Shown here: positions 17,486 through 26,157 of the stretch, piece after piece
Numbering within the stretch: the first letter of the stretch is position 1
Layout of the letters: every line of letters begins with the position of its first letter
Source: Candidatus Dadabacteria bacterium
GTDB taxonomy: Bacteria > Desulfobacterota_D > UBA1144 > Nemesobacterales > UBA2774
Reading direction: 5' to 3'
Assembly (NCBI GenBank): GCA_050247635.1
Contig: JBFWTW010000001.1
Location: 1-38,084, forward strand
DNA: 38,084 bases
Position numbers and translations under genes: made by a program
Notes under the pieces: generated by a model
What the model saw: only the letters and a program-made list of their open reading frames with translations
Databases searched by the model: none
What the model was told of the DNA's origin: nothing

Positions 17486-18208
17486 TTAAGCCCGGCCCGT
17501 CTCGTCATCGGCCGGGGTTTTGTTTCCGGAAGGCTCGTCGTCTTCCTCATCCTGCTCCGAAGAATCCTCATCCGGAACAGGTGTATTTCCCCCTGTTGAA
17601 GGCGCAACCGCCGCTTTTCGAGGCAGTATCATGAGCTGCACGACGAGGCCGAACACCCCGAGGGCGAACCATATCATCGCCATCCTGTATAGCTGGTCCT
17701 CTTCGAGATTCCCCAAAAAGCCCGGGTCGAGCGGGTAGAAGTTCCTGTACAGGATGTACGCCCCGCCCGTGACGGCAGCGAACGAGCCGCCGAACGCCGT
17801 CGCGATTATCAGCATCGGCTTCTGGAAGACGGCCGCTAGCGCGCCCGAGATTATGGCCGCGCCGTAGAGGACGGCCGGGATGACATCCATGTTCATAAGG
17901 CTGAAGACGTACATCGCGATCGTAAAGCCTAGTATTGCCCCCAGAAAAAAGACGCCGATTACGTAGAGGTAGTAGAAAAGACACGCGCCGAGGACGCCGC
18001 CCGCGAGGCCAGCGATTATAGAGACAGGCTCGCTCCCCCCGGAGAGCTCGTAGCCGAGGCTGCCGAAGAATACCGCCGCCGCGACGAACCCCGCGACGCC
18101 CAGAATGAAACGGAAGATTCTATAGCCGAAGAAGCATTCGACGAGGCCGGCCGCTACCGCAATCGCTGCGTAGTAGAAAAGGATGTCAGCGTTTCCGCCG
18201 GTCGGCAT
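17486..18208 (-). CDS. Polytopic Gly/Ala-rich membrane protein (DUF4203/TMEM198-like) with an acidic C-terminal tail
   Basis: It has about 6-7 TM segments rich in G/A/F/Y. The tail reads PDEDSSEQDEEDDEPSG. The family guess is from memory of the pattern only. Confidence 0.5.
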   Translation of the reverse strand: MPTGGNADILFYYAAIAVAAGLVECFFGYRIFRFILGVAGFVAAAVFFGSLGYELSGGSEPVSIIAGLAGGVLGACLFYYLYVIGVFFLGAILGFTIAMYVFSLMNMDVIPAVLYGAAIISGALAAVFQKPMLIIATAFGGSFAAVTGGAYILYRNFYPLDPGFLGNLEEDQLYRMAMIWFALGVFGLVVQLMILPRKAAVAPSTGGNTPVPDEDSSEQDEEDDEPSGNKTPADDETGRA

Positions 18209-18306
18209 ATTGGTTTTTCTCCGTTGGGCCGCGTCGCCGCGTTTTGTGATTCGGGTCCTGTCTTACGTGGGCGGATGGCACATGGCCGAACGAAGCGCGC
18301 AGGGAA

Positions 18307-18966
18307 TCAGCTTTCTCTCGTTCGGAGGCGCGCCAGCACGTCGCCCAATTTTTCGAGATCCATTCTTTCGAGCAGGAGCACTATGAAAAGGAGCGAGCAC
18401 GCTACCAGGTTCACGAGAAGCGCGTGCATCATCTCGGGCTCTATGCCGCCCCCTCCCGGCCCGAAGACGACCGGGGATATACCGCGCATGACCCGCACCG
18501 ACAGATACACAAGCGGGAGGTCGATGAAGGCGATTATGCCGAATACAGCAGCGAACTTCGCCCTACGCGTGTTTGTCCCCGCAGACGAGCGGAGTATGAG
18601 GTATACGATGTAGAGGATCCAGAGTATGAACGTCGTCGTGAGCTGAGGGTCCCACGTCCACCACGTGCCCCAGATCGGCTTTGCCCAGATGGCCCCTGTG
18701 AGTATCGTTATCGTGAGGAACAGCACCCCGATTTCGGCCGAGCAATAGGCGAGTATGTCCCACCCGCGCGTCTGCTTCCACAGGTACATGATGCTCGCAA
18801 CGAAGACGATTATGAACGCGACCGTCGCAACCCACACTGTCCCCATGTGGAAGTAAAAGAGCCTCTGCACGTGGCCCATAAGCGGCTCGGTCGGTGCGTA
18901 AACAAGCGCCATCCAGGTGGCGACGGCGAGGAGAATGAACGTTACTATCGTAAGGGCGCGTCTCAT
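18307..18966 (-). CDS. ccmC: Heme exporter/handling protein CcmC
   Basis: The WWD motif is WAKPIWGTWWTWDPQLT in a roughly 6-TM protein. It is adjacent to ccmB. Confidence 0.9.
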   Translation of the reverse strand: MRRALTIVTFILLAVATWMALVYAPTEPLMGHVQRLFYFHMGTVWVATVAFIIVFVASIMYLWKQTRGWDILAYCSAEIGVLFLTITILTGAIWAKPIWGTWWTWDPQLTTTFILWILYIVYLILRSSAGTNTRRAKFAAVFGIIAFIDLPLVYLSVRVMRGISPVVFGPGGGGIEPEMMHALLVNLVACSLLFIVLLLERMDLEKLGDVLARLRTRES

Positions 18967-18969
18967 TTT

Positions 18970-19644
18970 TCAGGATTCCTCTATGACGTATTCGAACACA
19001 ACCGCGCACGCGGCAACAAAGATTATATCGAATGCGATCAGGAGTTGTAAAGCGGAATAGCCGTCGGAGAGAGGCTTTCCTTCGAGGACGAGGGACGAGA
19101 GCTTAACAGCGCTTACGATGAGCGGGATGATTATCGGGAAGAGAAGAATCGGGAGGAGGACTTCCCTTAGCCGCGTGTTCACGGCCATTGCGGAGAAGAG
19201 CGTCCCGACGGCGACGTAGCCGAGAGAGCCGAGCAGGACAACCGGGATAAGCGGCAGGACGGTCGCGATGAAATCGAGGTTGAAGAATATGACGAACATC
19301 GGGACTATTATCATCCCGACGATGAATACGAATATCGTCCCGCTAATTAGCTTGCCTATATATATGAAGCTCCTGTCGGTCGGCGTAAGCAGGAGGCCGA
19401 GAACAGCGTTGCCTTCCTTTTCCAGCGCGAACGAGCGCGAGAGGCCGAGGACCCCGGCGAAGGTGAACGTTATCCACAGCATCGCGGGGGCCGCGAGCTT
19501 TATAAGGCCAGTCGAGAATGCGAAGGCGAAGCTGAATATGACGACCACGAGGATTGAGAAGGTGAGCATGGACGTAAAGAGCTCCTTCGTCCTCATCTCG
19601 GTTATCAGGTCCTTCTTTACAATCGCCCAGATTTTATCCAGCAT
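18970..19644 (-). CDS. ccmB: Heme exporter permease CcmB
   Basis: It is a six-TM ABC-2-like permease starting KDLITEMRTKE, lying 3 nt upstream of ccmC. Confidence 0.8.
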   Translation of the reverse strand: MLDKIWAIVKKDLITEMRTKELFTSMLTFSILVVVIFSFAFAFSTGLIKLAAPAMLWITFTFAGVLGLSRSFALEKEGNAVLGLLLTPTDRSFIYIGKLISGTIFVFIVGMIIVPMFVIFFNLDFIATVLPLIPVVLLGSLGYVAVGTLFSAMAVNTRLREVLLPILLFPIIIPLIVSAVKLSSLVLEGKPLSDGYSALQLLIAFDIIFVAACAVVFEYVIEES

Positions 19645-19971
19645 AAAATTCCTTTTTAACCCTTTGCGTCACCCATTCGAACGCTTTACGTCACAAGTGA
19701 CATTTTCTAACACCTAAATCCGCTCTTAGTAGAGCAGAATACAGCAACAATAACCATATTAATACAATATTATCAGCATATTATAACATATATCTAATGT
19801 CGGATATCATTATAATTTCCAGCTTTTTAGCCACTGATTCCCTCAAAGATCTGAAGTCAATAATACTTAAATTTTCGATTCAAGCTGTGTTCTATTTATG
19901 GTTTATATATATCTGCCGCTATTAATATTTTTCTCCTGATAATATTTAAAGTGACCGGCATCAATCGCATC
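19645..19971. other. AT-rich non-coding island between ccmA and ccmB
   Basis: This 327-nt stretch is visibly far more AT-rich than its flanks and has no ORF of 60 aa or more. The minus strand carries an extended -10 (TGTTATAAT, 19780..19788). GTCACAAGTGAC at 19690..19701 is a perfect 12-bp palindrome. Further GTCAC/GTGAC copies occur near 19668 and 19951. Confidence 0.7.
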
Positions 19972-20703
19972 CTACACATTTTCGACGCTTTCTATATACA
20001 GCTCCTTGAAACGCTCGCCGTCGAGGTCTCCAGAGGCCCCATGGTAGACCAGCTTACCCCCGGCTATGATGCCGACCTTGTCGCTCATCCCGAGCCCCTC
20101 GTCTATGTTGTGGGTCGTCATGAGTATCGTCCTGCTGCGCGATTTGAGCGCCGCCAGCATCTCGCCGAACACCTTCGCGCCGTGCTGGTCGAGCCCGGTG
20201 TAGGGCTCGTCGAGGAGTAGGATCGACGGCTCGTGCACAGTCGCCCTTGCGACGGCGAGCCGCTGCTTCATGCCCCGGCTGAAGTTCCGGACGATGTCGT
20301 GCATGCGTTTTCCGAGCCCGACGGCCGTGACGACCTCCTTCGCCCGGGCGTCGAGGTCCGTGACGCCGTAGAGCGCGCCGAAGAATTTTATGTTTTCGAG
20401 CGCCGAGAGGTTCTCGTAAAGATAGGGATCGTGCGAGATGACCCCCGTGATCCGCCTTATCTCGTCGGCCTCCTTCCCGGAATCGTGCCCGGCAACCGTG
20501 AGCGAGCCCGTAGAAGGCTTCGTCAAAGTCGAAAGGAGCTTGATGAAGGTCGTCTTCCCCGCGCCGTTAGGGCCGAAGAGGGTGAAGAACTCCCCCTTCC
20601 CTATCGCGAGGTCTATACCCCTGAGCGCGTCGAACGTGCCGAAGGATTTCGTGAGCCCCCGGGCCTCGATGTAGGCGGCTTCGTTGGTTAGCGGCTGAGC
20701 CAT
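19972..20703 (-). CDS. ccmA: ABC transporter ATP-binding protein, CcmA by context
   Basis: Walker A is GPNGAGKTT, the signature is FSRGMKQRL and Walker B is LLLDEP. It is the first gene of the ccm gene string. Confidence 0.7.
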   Translation of the reverse strand: MAQPLTNEAAYIEARGLTKSFGTFDALRGIDLAIGKGEFFTLFGPNGAGKTTFIKLLSTLTKPSTGSLTVAGHDSGKEADEIRRITGVISHDPYLYENLSALENIKFFGALYGVTDLDARAKEVVTAVGLGKRMHDIVRNFSRGMKQRLAVARATVHEPSILLLDEPYTGLDQHGAKVFGEMLAALKSRSRTILMTTHNIDEGLGMSDKVGIIAGGKLVYHGASGDLDGERFKELYIESVENV

Positions 20704-20804
20704 GAGCGGAAAGAAAGCTACATTATATAAGGGAATGTTTCAATTTGGCATCAGTATAGCCCGGGGCGGATTTTGCGCGTGGAATGTCCGGGAGGAGCCG
20801 CGCT

Positions 20805-21836
20805 TCAGAATTTGAGGAGCTCGTCGGTGCCCCCCAGGAGCTTCACCCAATCGGCGAGCTTCGCCATGCCCTCGTCGAGCGGTACGGACGGCTCGTAGCC
20901 GAGCTGGCGGCGGGCCTTCTCAATCGAATAGCTCCTGCTGCCTGCCAGGGCCGCGACGGCGAAGCGCGTCAGAACCGGCGGCTTCTTCGACCCCATGAGC
21001 TTGAACAGGGCCTCCATAACGGCGGCGACCGAGTATGCGAACTTGTACGGGATAGAAAAGCCCGGCTTCCATTCTATGCCCGCCGCGCGGAGCTGCTTCG
21101 TCAAAAACTCCATGTAGCCGATCTTTACGCCGTCGTTTATGAAGTAGATGTTGCCCGAGGAATCCTGGCTTTGTGCGGCGAGGATCATGGCCCGCGCGAG
21201 GTTGTTAACGTGGCACGGCGTCACGGTTCGCTTGCCGCTGCCCATGGGATGGAGTATCCCCTTTTTAGCCGCCACCGCGACGCGCGGGAGTATAACGGTA
21301 TCGCCCGCGCCCCAGACGTTTGACGGCCTTATGACCGCCGTCTCGATGCCCGACGTGCCGTTATAGGCTATCACTAGCCTTTCGGCCTCGGCCTTGGAGG
21401 CATTGTAGCTGTCGTTGTACTTATCCCTGTAGGGGTACGTCTCGTCTATATCGACGAGGTCGTGAACGCTCCAGAAGTCTGACTGCCATACGACCGTCGA
21501 GGAGCTCATGTGGACGAACCGTTTTACGCCGGAGCCGGCGGCCGCCGAGAGGAGCGTCTTCGTCGCTTCGACGTTGTACTTGAAGAAGTCTTCCCTGGGA
21601 CCCCAGTCAGAGACCATGGCGGCCACGTGGAATACGACGTCAGCGCCATTGGGCAGCCTCTTTAAGCTATCAGGATTGCCGAGGTCGCCGTGAACCAGCC
21701 TTACGCCGAGCTCCTTTAGCATCTCGACGTTGCTCGTGTCGCGGACGAGGCATGTGACGTCGTGCCCGCGCGAGACAAGCTCCTCGACGAGCCTTCCGCC
21801 GATAAACCCCGTCCCTCCGGTTACTGCGGCTTTCAT
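20805..21836 (-). CDS. NAD-dependent epimerase/dehydratase (extended SDR, 3-beta-HSD-like)
   Basis: The Rossmann motif is VTGGTGFIGGRLV and the catalytic YxxxK is YNASK. Confidence 0.8.
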   Translation of the reverse strand: MKAAVTGGTGFIGGRLVEELVSRGHDVTCLVRDTSNVEMLKELGVRLVHGDLGNPDSLKRLPNGADVVFHVAAMVSDWGPREDFFKYNVEATKTLLSAAAGSGVKRFVHMSSSTVVWQSDFWSVHDLVDIDETYPYRDKYNDSYNASKAEAERLVIAYNGTSGIETAVIRPSNVWGAGDTVILPRVAVAAKKGILHPMGSGKRTVTPCHVNNLARAMILAAQSQDSSGNIYFINDGVKIGYMEFLTKQLRAAGIEWKPGFSIPYKFAYSVAAVMEALFKLMGSKKPPVLTRFAVAALAGSRSYSIEKARRQLGYEPSVPLDEGMAKLADWVKLLGGTDELLKF

Positions 21837-21941
21837 CGTGGCTATCCTCCGGGCAGCCCGAGACCGGGCGGCTTAGGAATTAATATACTCCGAAAGCCAG
21901 GCGAAACCAAAAGAGAAGTGTTTAAAATTATTCACCGGACG

Positions 21942-21989
21942 AAAAAAAAAGCCGCGCCCGCGCGTTTCTCAACGTACGGACACGGCTTT
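21942..21989 (-). terminator. Intrinsic terminator after the small ORF
   Basis: The minus-strand RNA reads AAAGCCGUG ... CGCGGCUUUUUUUUU. A 9-bp outer stem includes one G-U, an inner CGCG/CGCG mini-hairpin is present, and a run of nine U follows. Confidence 0.5.
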
Positions 21990-22011
21990 AGAGGTATGGT
22001 GTTGGTTGGTA

Positions 22012-22245
22012 TCAGTATTGGTTTCTATATTGATTATCCGTAAGCCAGTTCTCCATCCATTCCTTCGTTTTCTCGGCAAGTTCCCTGCTCGAAGCGGCTG
22101 ATACACGCGTGTCGTTCAGGAAAACGCCCCAGTAAGTGACCGGCGCGTGAACCGACTCCATGTGCGCTTCTTTGTCGAATCCATAAACCTCGGGTGAACA
22201 ATCGCAGGACGGCTTGATCGTGCACGGTGCTACTCGTATATCCAT
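22012..22245 (-). CDS. Small hypothetical protein (77 aa)
   Basis: The start is placed at the internal ATG (MDIRVAPCTIKPSCDCSPEVYGF...), which is preceded by GAGGTG with 5-nt spacing. A terminator follows. I recognised no family. Confidence 0.45.
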   Translation of the reverse strand: MDIRVAPCTIKPSCDCSPEVYGFDKEAHMESVHAPVTYWGVFLNDTRVSAASSRELAEKTKEWMENWLTDNQYRNQY

Positions 22246-22471
22246 GTCTTCACCTCGCTGTTTGAATTTTTGCCAATCAACTCTATGCAAAACACTTGCA
22301 ATTATCATGCCAATATTGAATCTAATCATGAGTTACATGATTTCAAGGCTTTACATCAAAAGCCCCCGATCTTACCGTTCGCGATTTACCGCAAGTGCAC
22401 AAAAAACGGCACATATGTGCAACAATATCCACCACATACGAACCGCCAAAATGAAGGGACGGTTCAGAATG

Positions 22472-22500
22472 TTGACAAGGGGGGTTTTATAGTAGAAAAT
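22472..22500 (+). promoter_or_regulatory. Candidate sigma-70 promoter for pdaD
   Basis: TTGACA lies at 22472..22477, followed by a 17-nt spacer and GAAAAT at 22495..22500. Confidence 0.3.
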
Positions 22501-22543
22501 TCTGCTTTTATTTCAGGAACTACGCTTAAATTTTACGGAGGGA

Positions 22544-23098
22544 ATGTCATTGCTTCTACCTAAACAGGCTTTTATCACGAAGGGCGTTGGAAAACATAAG
22601 GAAAAGCTCACGAGCTTCGAGATGGCTTTGAGAAACGCTAAAATTGCAGAATTCAATTTGGTGAGGGTATCCAGCATATTCCCCCCGCATTGTACGCTCG
22701 TGCCGCGCTCCAAGGGGCTCAAGAACCTCTTCCCGGGGCAGATCGTGCACGTCGTTATCAGCGAAAACGCAACCAACGAGCCCAACAGGCTCATCGCCGC
22801 GGCGACCGGCATCGCCCTGCCGAAAGACACCACCCGCCACGGCTACATATCCGAGCATCACAGCTACGGGCAGAATGACACGATAGCCGGCGAATACGCC
22901 GAAGACCTCGCGGCATACATGCTTGCGACGACCCTCGGCGCCGCGTTCGACCCGGACAAGAGCTACGACGAGCAGAAGGACACCTGGGAGATCAGCGGTC
23001 ACATCGTCAAGACGACGAACACGACCCAGACGGCCGTAGGCGACAAGAGCGGCCTCTGGACGACCGTCATCTCGGCAGTCGTTTTCTGCGAGTTCTGA
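22544..23098 (+). CDS. pdaD: Pyruvoyl-dependent arginine decarboxylase (PdaD/AaxB family)
   Basis: Matching segments are GVGKHKEKLTSFEMALRNAKIAEFNLVRVSSIFPP, which contains the Ser-Ser self-cleavage site, and HGYISEHH. The in-frame TTG at 22550 has better spacing to GGAGGG (7 nt) than the ATG at 22544. Confidence 0.8.
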   Translation: MSLLLPKQAFITKGVGKHKEKLTSFEMALRNAKIAEFNLVRVSSIFPPHCTLVPRSKGLKNLFPGQIVHVVISENATNEPNRLIAAATGIALPKDTTRHGYISEHHSYGQNDTIAGEYAEDLAAYMLATTLGAAFDPDKSYDEQKDTWEISGHIVKTTNTTQTAVGDKSGLWTTVISAVVFCEF

Positions 23099-23194
23099 GA
23101 AAGGCCGGAAAGGGCAGAAGTTCCCGATACAACCGGTGAGTGAAATTATCGCCTGAGGGCGGAGCTTCATTCGACTAGCCCCGGAAGCGGAAGA

Positions 23195-24427
23195 CTACTC
23201 TTCGCCCGATTTGAGCGTATACCGCGCTTCGGGCTCCTCTTCGGAAATGCCCTGGCTTTCCCTTAGGGCTTCTATTTTCCTGAGCGGCCTTTCGACCATG
23301 TTTGTACGGGTGCCCCGGAGGCTGTCGTACTCGCTCTGGACGTCGGCGATCTTCTTCCCGAGCTTCTCGTAGCACTCGACGTAGGCCCGCCACTGCTTCC
23401 CGAATTCGTTGTAGAGCGAAAGTATGTCGCCGGTGGTGCGCTTGAGGTTGAAGTTATCAACCGACTGTCTTATGACGGCGAGGACGGCGTAGAGCGTGAT
23501 CGGCGAGCAGAGTATCACCTTCGACCGGAGAGCGTCGTCCAGTATGAGCGCGTCGTGCTCCTGAACGAACGAGTATATCTGCTCGTTCGGTATGAAGACG
23601 ATGACGTAGTCTATAGTGTTGTCCTCGGGGTTGATGTACTCGCGGCGCGTTACCTCGCGGACGCGCATCCGGACGTCCTTTATAAACTGCGACCTCAGCG
23701 CGGACTTTTCCGAGGCGGATTCGGCCTCGAGGAATTTCACGTAATTGTCGAGCGGGAACTTCACGTCCATGTTCACCTTCAGGCCGTCTGGGAGTATGAA
23801 CGTGTAGTCCGGGATCGAAGAAGACGCGGCGAGCATCTTCTGCTTGTGGTAGTTGACCCCTTCCTTAAATCCGATAAAAGCGAGTATGTCCTCGGCCATT
23901 CGCTCGCCCCACTGGCCCCGGCGCTTGGTGTTGGCCAGCGCCTCGCGAAGCTGGCTCGTCGTTGCCTGTAGCTCCGCAGTCCTTTCGGCCGCAATCCTGA
24001 GCTGGCTAGTTAGCTCGCCGTACTTTTGCTCCCTGTCCTTTTCGAGGGCTATGATACTCGTCTGCGTTTTTTCGAGCTCCTGCCTTATCACGGCGAGCGT
24101 CTGATCTATCATCCCCTTCTTGTTTTCGAGATCCTTTCCGCCGAGCTCCGCCTGCTTCGAGAGGGACTCGCCGGCGAGCCTCATGAACTGCTCGGAATTA
24201 CGCATGAGCGCATCTTGCGAAAGCGCCCCGAACGAATCGCGGATACCGTCGATGATGCGGTCTAGCTCTTCGAGCTTTTTGACCTCGGACTCCTGGAAAA
24301 TCTCCTCGGCTATCTTCCTCGCCCTCCCCTTCGCGGCCAGGTTTATTATCACGACCGCGAGCGCCCCGAGGACGAGGCCCGCGCCGAATACCACGAAGTT
24401 ATGGGGTGTGAGATAAGCTTCTATCAT
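23195..24427 (-). CDS. rmuC: DNA recombination protein RmuC
   Basis: It has an N-terminal TM, a long coiled coil and a C-terminal nuclease-like core (DYTFILPDGLKVNMDVKFP, YVIVFIPNEQIY). Confidence 0.8.
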   Translation of the reverse strand: MIEAYLTPHNFVVFGAGLVLGALAVVIINLAAKGRARKIAEEIFQESEVKKLEELDRIIDGIRDSFGALSQDALMRNSEQFMRLAGESLSKQAELGGKDLENKKGMIDQTLAVIRQELEKTQTSIIALEKDREQKYGELTSQLRIAAERTAELQATTSQLREALANTKRRGQWGERMAEDILAFIGFKEGVNYHKQKMLAASSSIPDYTFILPDGLKVNMDVKFPLDNYVKFLEAESASEKSALRSQFIKDVRMRVREVTRREYINPEDNTIDYVIVFIPNEQIYSFVQEHDALILDDALRSKVILCSPITLYAVLAVIRQSVDNFNLKRTTGDILSLYNEFGKQWRAYVECYEKLGKKIADVQSEYDSLRGTRTNMVERPLRKIEALRESQGISEEEPEARYTLKSGEE

Positions 24428-24496
24428 CGTCTTCTCTTAATGGACTCTATCAAATTATATTAACAGGCAGATAAGTTCGTGTGCGCAGGGCTACGC

Positions 24497-26152
24497 TCAT
24501 CCGCCCAGCATTTCGTGCGCGGCGTCGAGCGTTTTCTGTGTGATGTTGATGCCGCCTATCATACGGGCGAGCTCCCGGACCCGTTCGTCCCGTCCGAGCG
24601 CGTGTATCACGACCTTCGTCTTCCCGCCCTCGACGGACTTCGTGACGGCGAGGTGCGAGTCAGCGAACTTGGCGACCTGCGGGAGGTGCGTGATGCATAT
24701 CACCTGCGTCCGGCCAGAGAGCGCGTGAATCTTCTTGCCGACCGTCTCTGCCACAGCTCCCCCGACGCCCGAGTCGGCCTCGTCGAATATCACGACAGAG
24801 CCGTCGCTCGCGTTCGAGGCGGCCTCGCGAAGGACGAGCATTATGCGCGACAGCTCTCCCCCCGACGCCACTTTCACGAGCGGCTTTAACTCTTCGTCCG
24901 GGTTTGCTGAGAACATGAAAGCGGCAGAGTCGACGCCGTCTTCGGAGACCGGTTTTTCCGTAAACGACATGGAGAAGCGGGCGCTCTTTATGCCGACCTC
25001 CTTCAGCTCCTTCTCAACCGTCTTAACGAGCTTCGAGGCCGCATCCTTACGCTTCGCCGAGAGGGCCCGCGCCTGTGAGTCGAGCTCCTTTTTCACGGAA
25101 GCCGATTCGGCCCTGAGCCGCGAGAGCTCTTCTTCGAAATTGGCCGTCCGCCCGAGCTCGGCCCCGAGCTCGCGCCGTTTCTTGAGTATTTCCTCTATCG
25201 TATCGCCGTACTTTCTTTTGAGTGTGCCGATTTCCTGTAGCCTGTCCTCGACGACCTCGAGCCGACCCTCTGGGAATTCGAGACTTGAGACATAATCCCG
25301 GAGATTGGCGGCGGAGTCTTCGAGCTGTATTATCGCGTTTTCTACGGCTTCCGCAGGGGCCGAAAGGGACGGGTCTATACGCGAGGCGTCGCCGAGGTCC
25401 GTCGAGATTCTGGTGAGCGCGCCGAGTATCGAGCCCTCGCTCTCGTATATTTTGCTGTAGGCCCCCTCGGCCGCCGACAGAAGCCGTTCGGAATTCAAGA
25501 GCCTTTTCTTTTCGTCTTCGAGCTCGTCGTCCTCGCCTTCCTGGAGCAGGGCGTCGTCTATCTCGGCGCACTGGAACCGGAGGAAGTCTTCACGCTGCGC
25601 GAGGGTCTTTTCGCCTTCGGAGAGTTTTGTGATCTCGGATTCGAGCGAGCGGTACTTCCGGAAGAGCTCCTTCACGCCCGCCGCGGGCTCGCCGAGGCCG
25701 CCGGCCTCGTCCACGACCCTGAGATGATTCTCTTCCCTGAGGAGCGCCTGGTGCTCGTGCTGGCCGAATATGTCAACGAGCCCCGAGGCCGCGTCCTCGA
25801 CCATACGGAGCGTCGCTATGCCGCCGTTAACGAACGAGCGGGGCCTGCCCTTCCGGGGGATGACGCGCTTTACGAGAAGCTCGCCCCCGGATACGTCAAC
25901 GCCGGCGGCTTCCAGCGCCGCGGACATCCCGCTATCCGGCTCGATCTCGAAAAGGGCTTCGAGGTGAGCCTCGTCCTTCCCGGTCTTTATATCCTCGACC
26001 GAGGCCTTCCCGCCGAGGATAATGCCGAGCGCGTCTATGATGACGGACTTACCCGCCCCCGTTTCCCCGGTGATGATGTTGAGACCGGGGCCGAACGAGA
26101 CGGATATGTCGTCGATGATGGTAAAGTTCTTGAGCGTGAGTCCGAGCAGCAT
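24497..26152 (-). CDS. recN: DNA repair protein RecN
   Basis: Matching segments are LKNFTIIDDISVSFGPGLNIITGETGAGKSVIIDAL, a coiled-coil middle, ASGGELSRIML and VIFDEADSGVGG. Confidence 0.92.
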   Translation of the reverse strand: MLLGLTLKNFTIIDDISVSFGPGLNIITGETGAGKSVIIDALGIILGGKASVEDIKTGKDEAHLEALFEIEPDSGMSAALEAAGVDVSGGELLVKRVIPRKGRPRSFVNGGIATLRMVEDAASGLVDIFGQHEHQALLREENHLRVVDEAGGLGEPAAGVKELFRKYRSLESEITKLSEGEKTLAQREDFLRFQCAEIDDALLQEGEDDELEDEKKRLLNSERLLSAAEGAYSKIYESEGSILGALTRISTDLGDASRIDPSLSAPAEAVENAIIQLEDSAANLRDYVSSLEFPEGRLEVVEDRLQEIGTLKRKYGDTIEEILKKRRELGAELGRTANFEEELSRLRAESASVKKELDSQARALSAKRKDAASKLVKTVEKELKEVGIKSARFSMSFTEKPVSEDGVDSAAFMFSANPDEELKPLVKVASGGELSRIMLVLREAASNASDGSVVIFDEADSGVGGAVAETVGKKIHALSGRTQVICITHLPQVAKFADSHLAVTKSVEGGKTKVVIHALGRDERVRELARMIGGINITQKTLDAAHEMLGG

Positions 26153-26157
26153 TCGCT

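Noticed and set aside
18424-19050. Other long antisense or alternate-frame ORFs: 18424..19050, 20784..21323, 22556..23170, 25724..26401, 27984..28574, 31381..32229, 36874..37620, 10424..10963 and 9724..10323.
   Set aside because: Each overlaps a gene with strong family motifs in another frame or on the other strand. Their compositions are Arg/Pro/Gly-biased, typical of GC-rich shadow ORFs.
19797-19925. A 42-codon plus-strand ORF inside the AT-rich ccmA-ccmB island, as a possible small hydrophobic toxin-like peptide.
   Set aside because: It has no Shine-Dalgarno sequence, although this genome uses strong SDs. An ORF of this length is not clearly beyond chance across six frames. I mention it within the island finding only.
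20722-20727. A perfect TATAAT on the minus strand just upstream of ccmA, as its promoter.
   Set aside because: It lies only about 19 nt from the annotated ATG, has no acceptable -35 at 16-18 nt, and no SD follows. It is too ambiguous to call.
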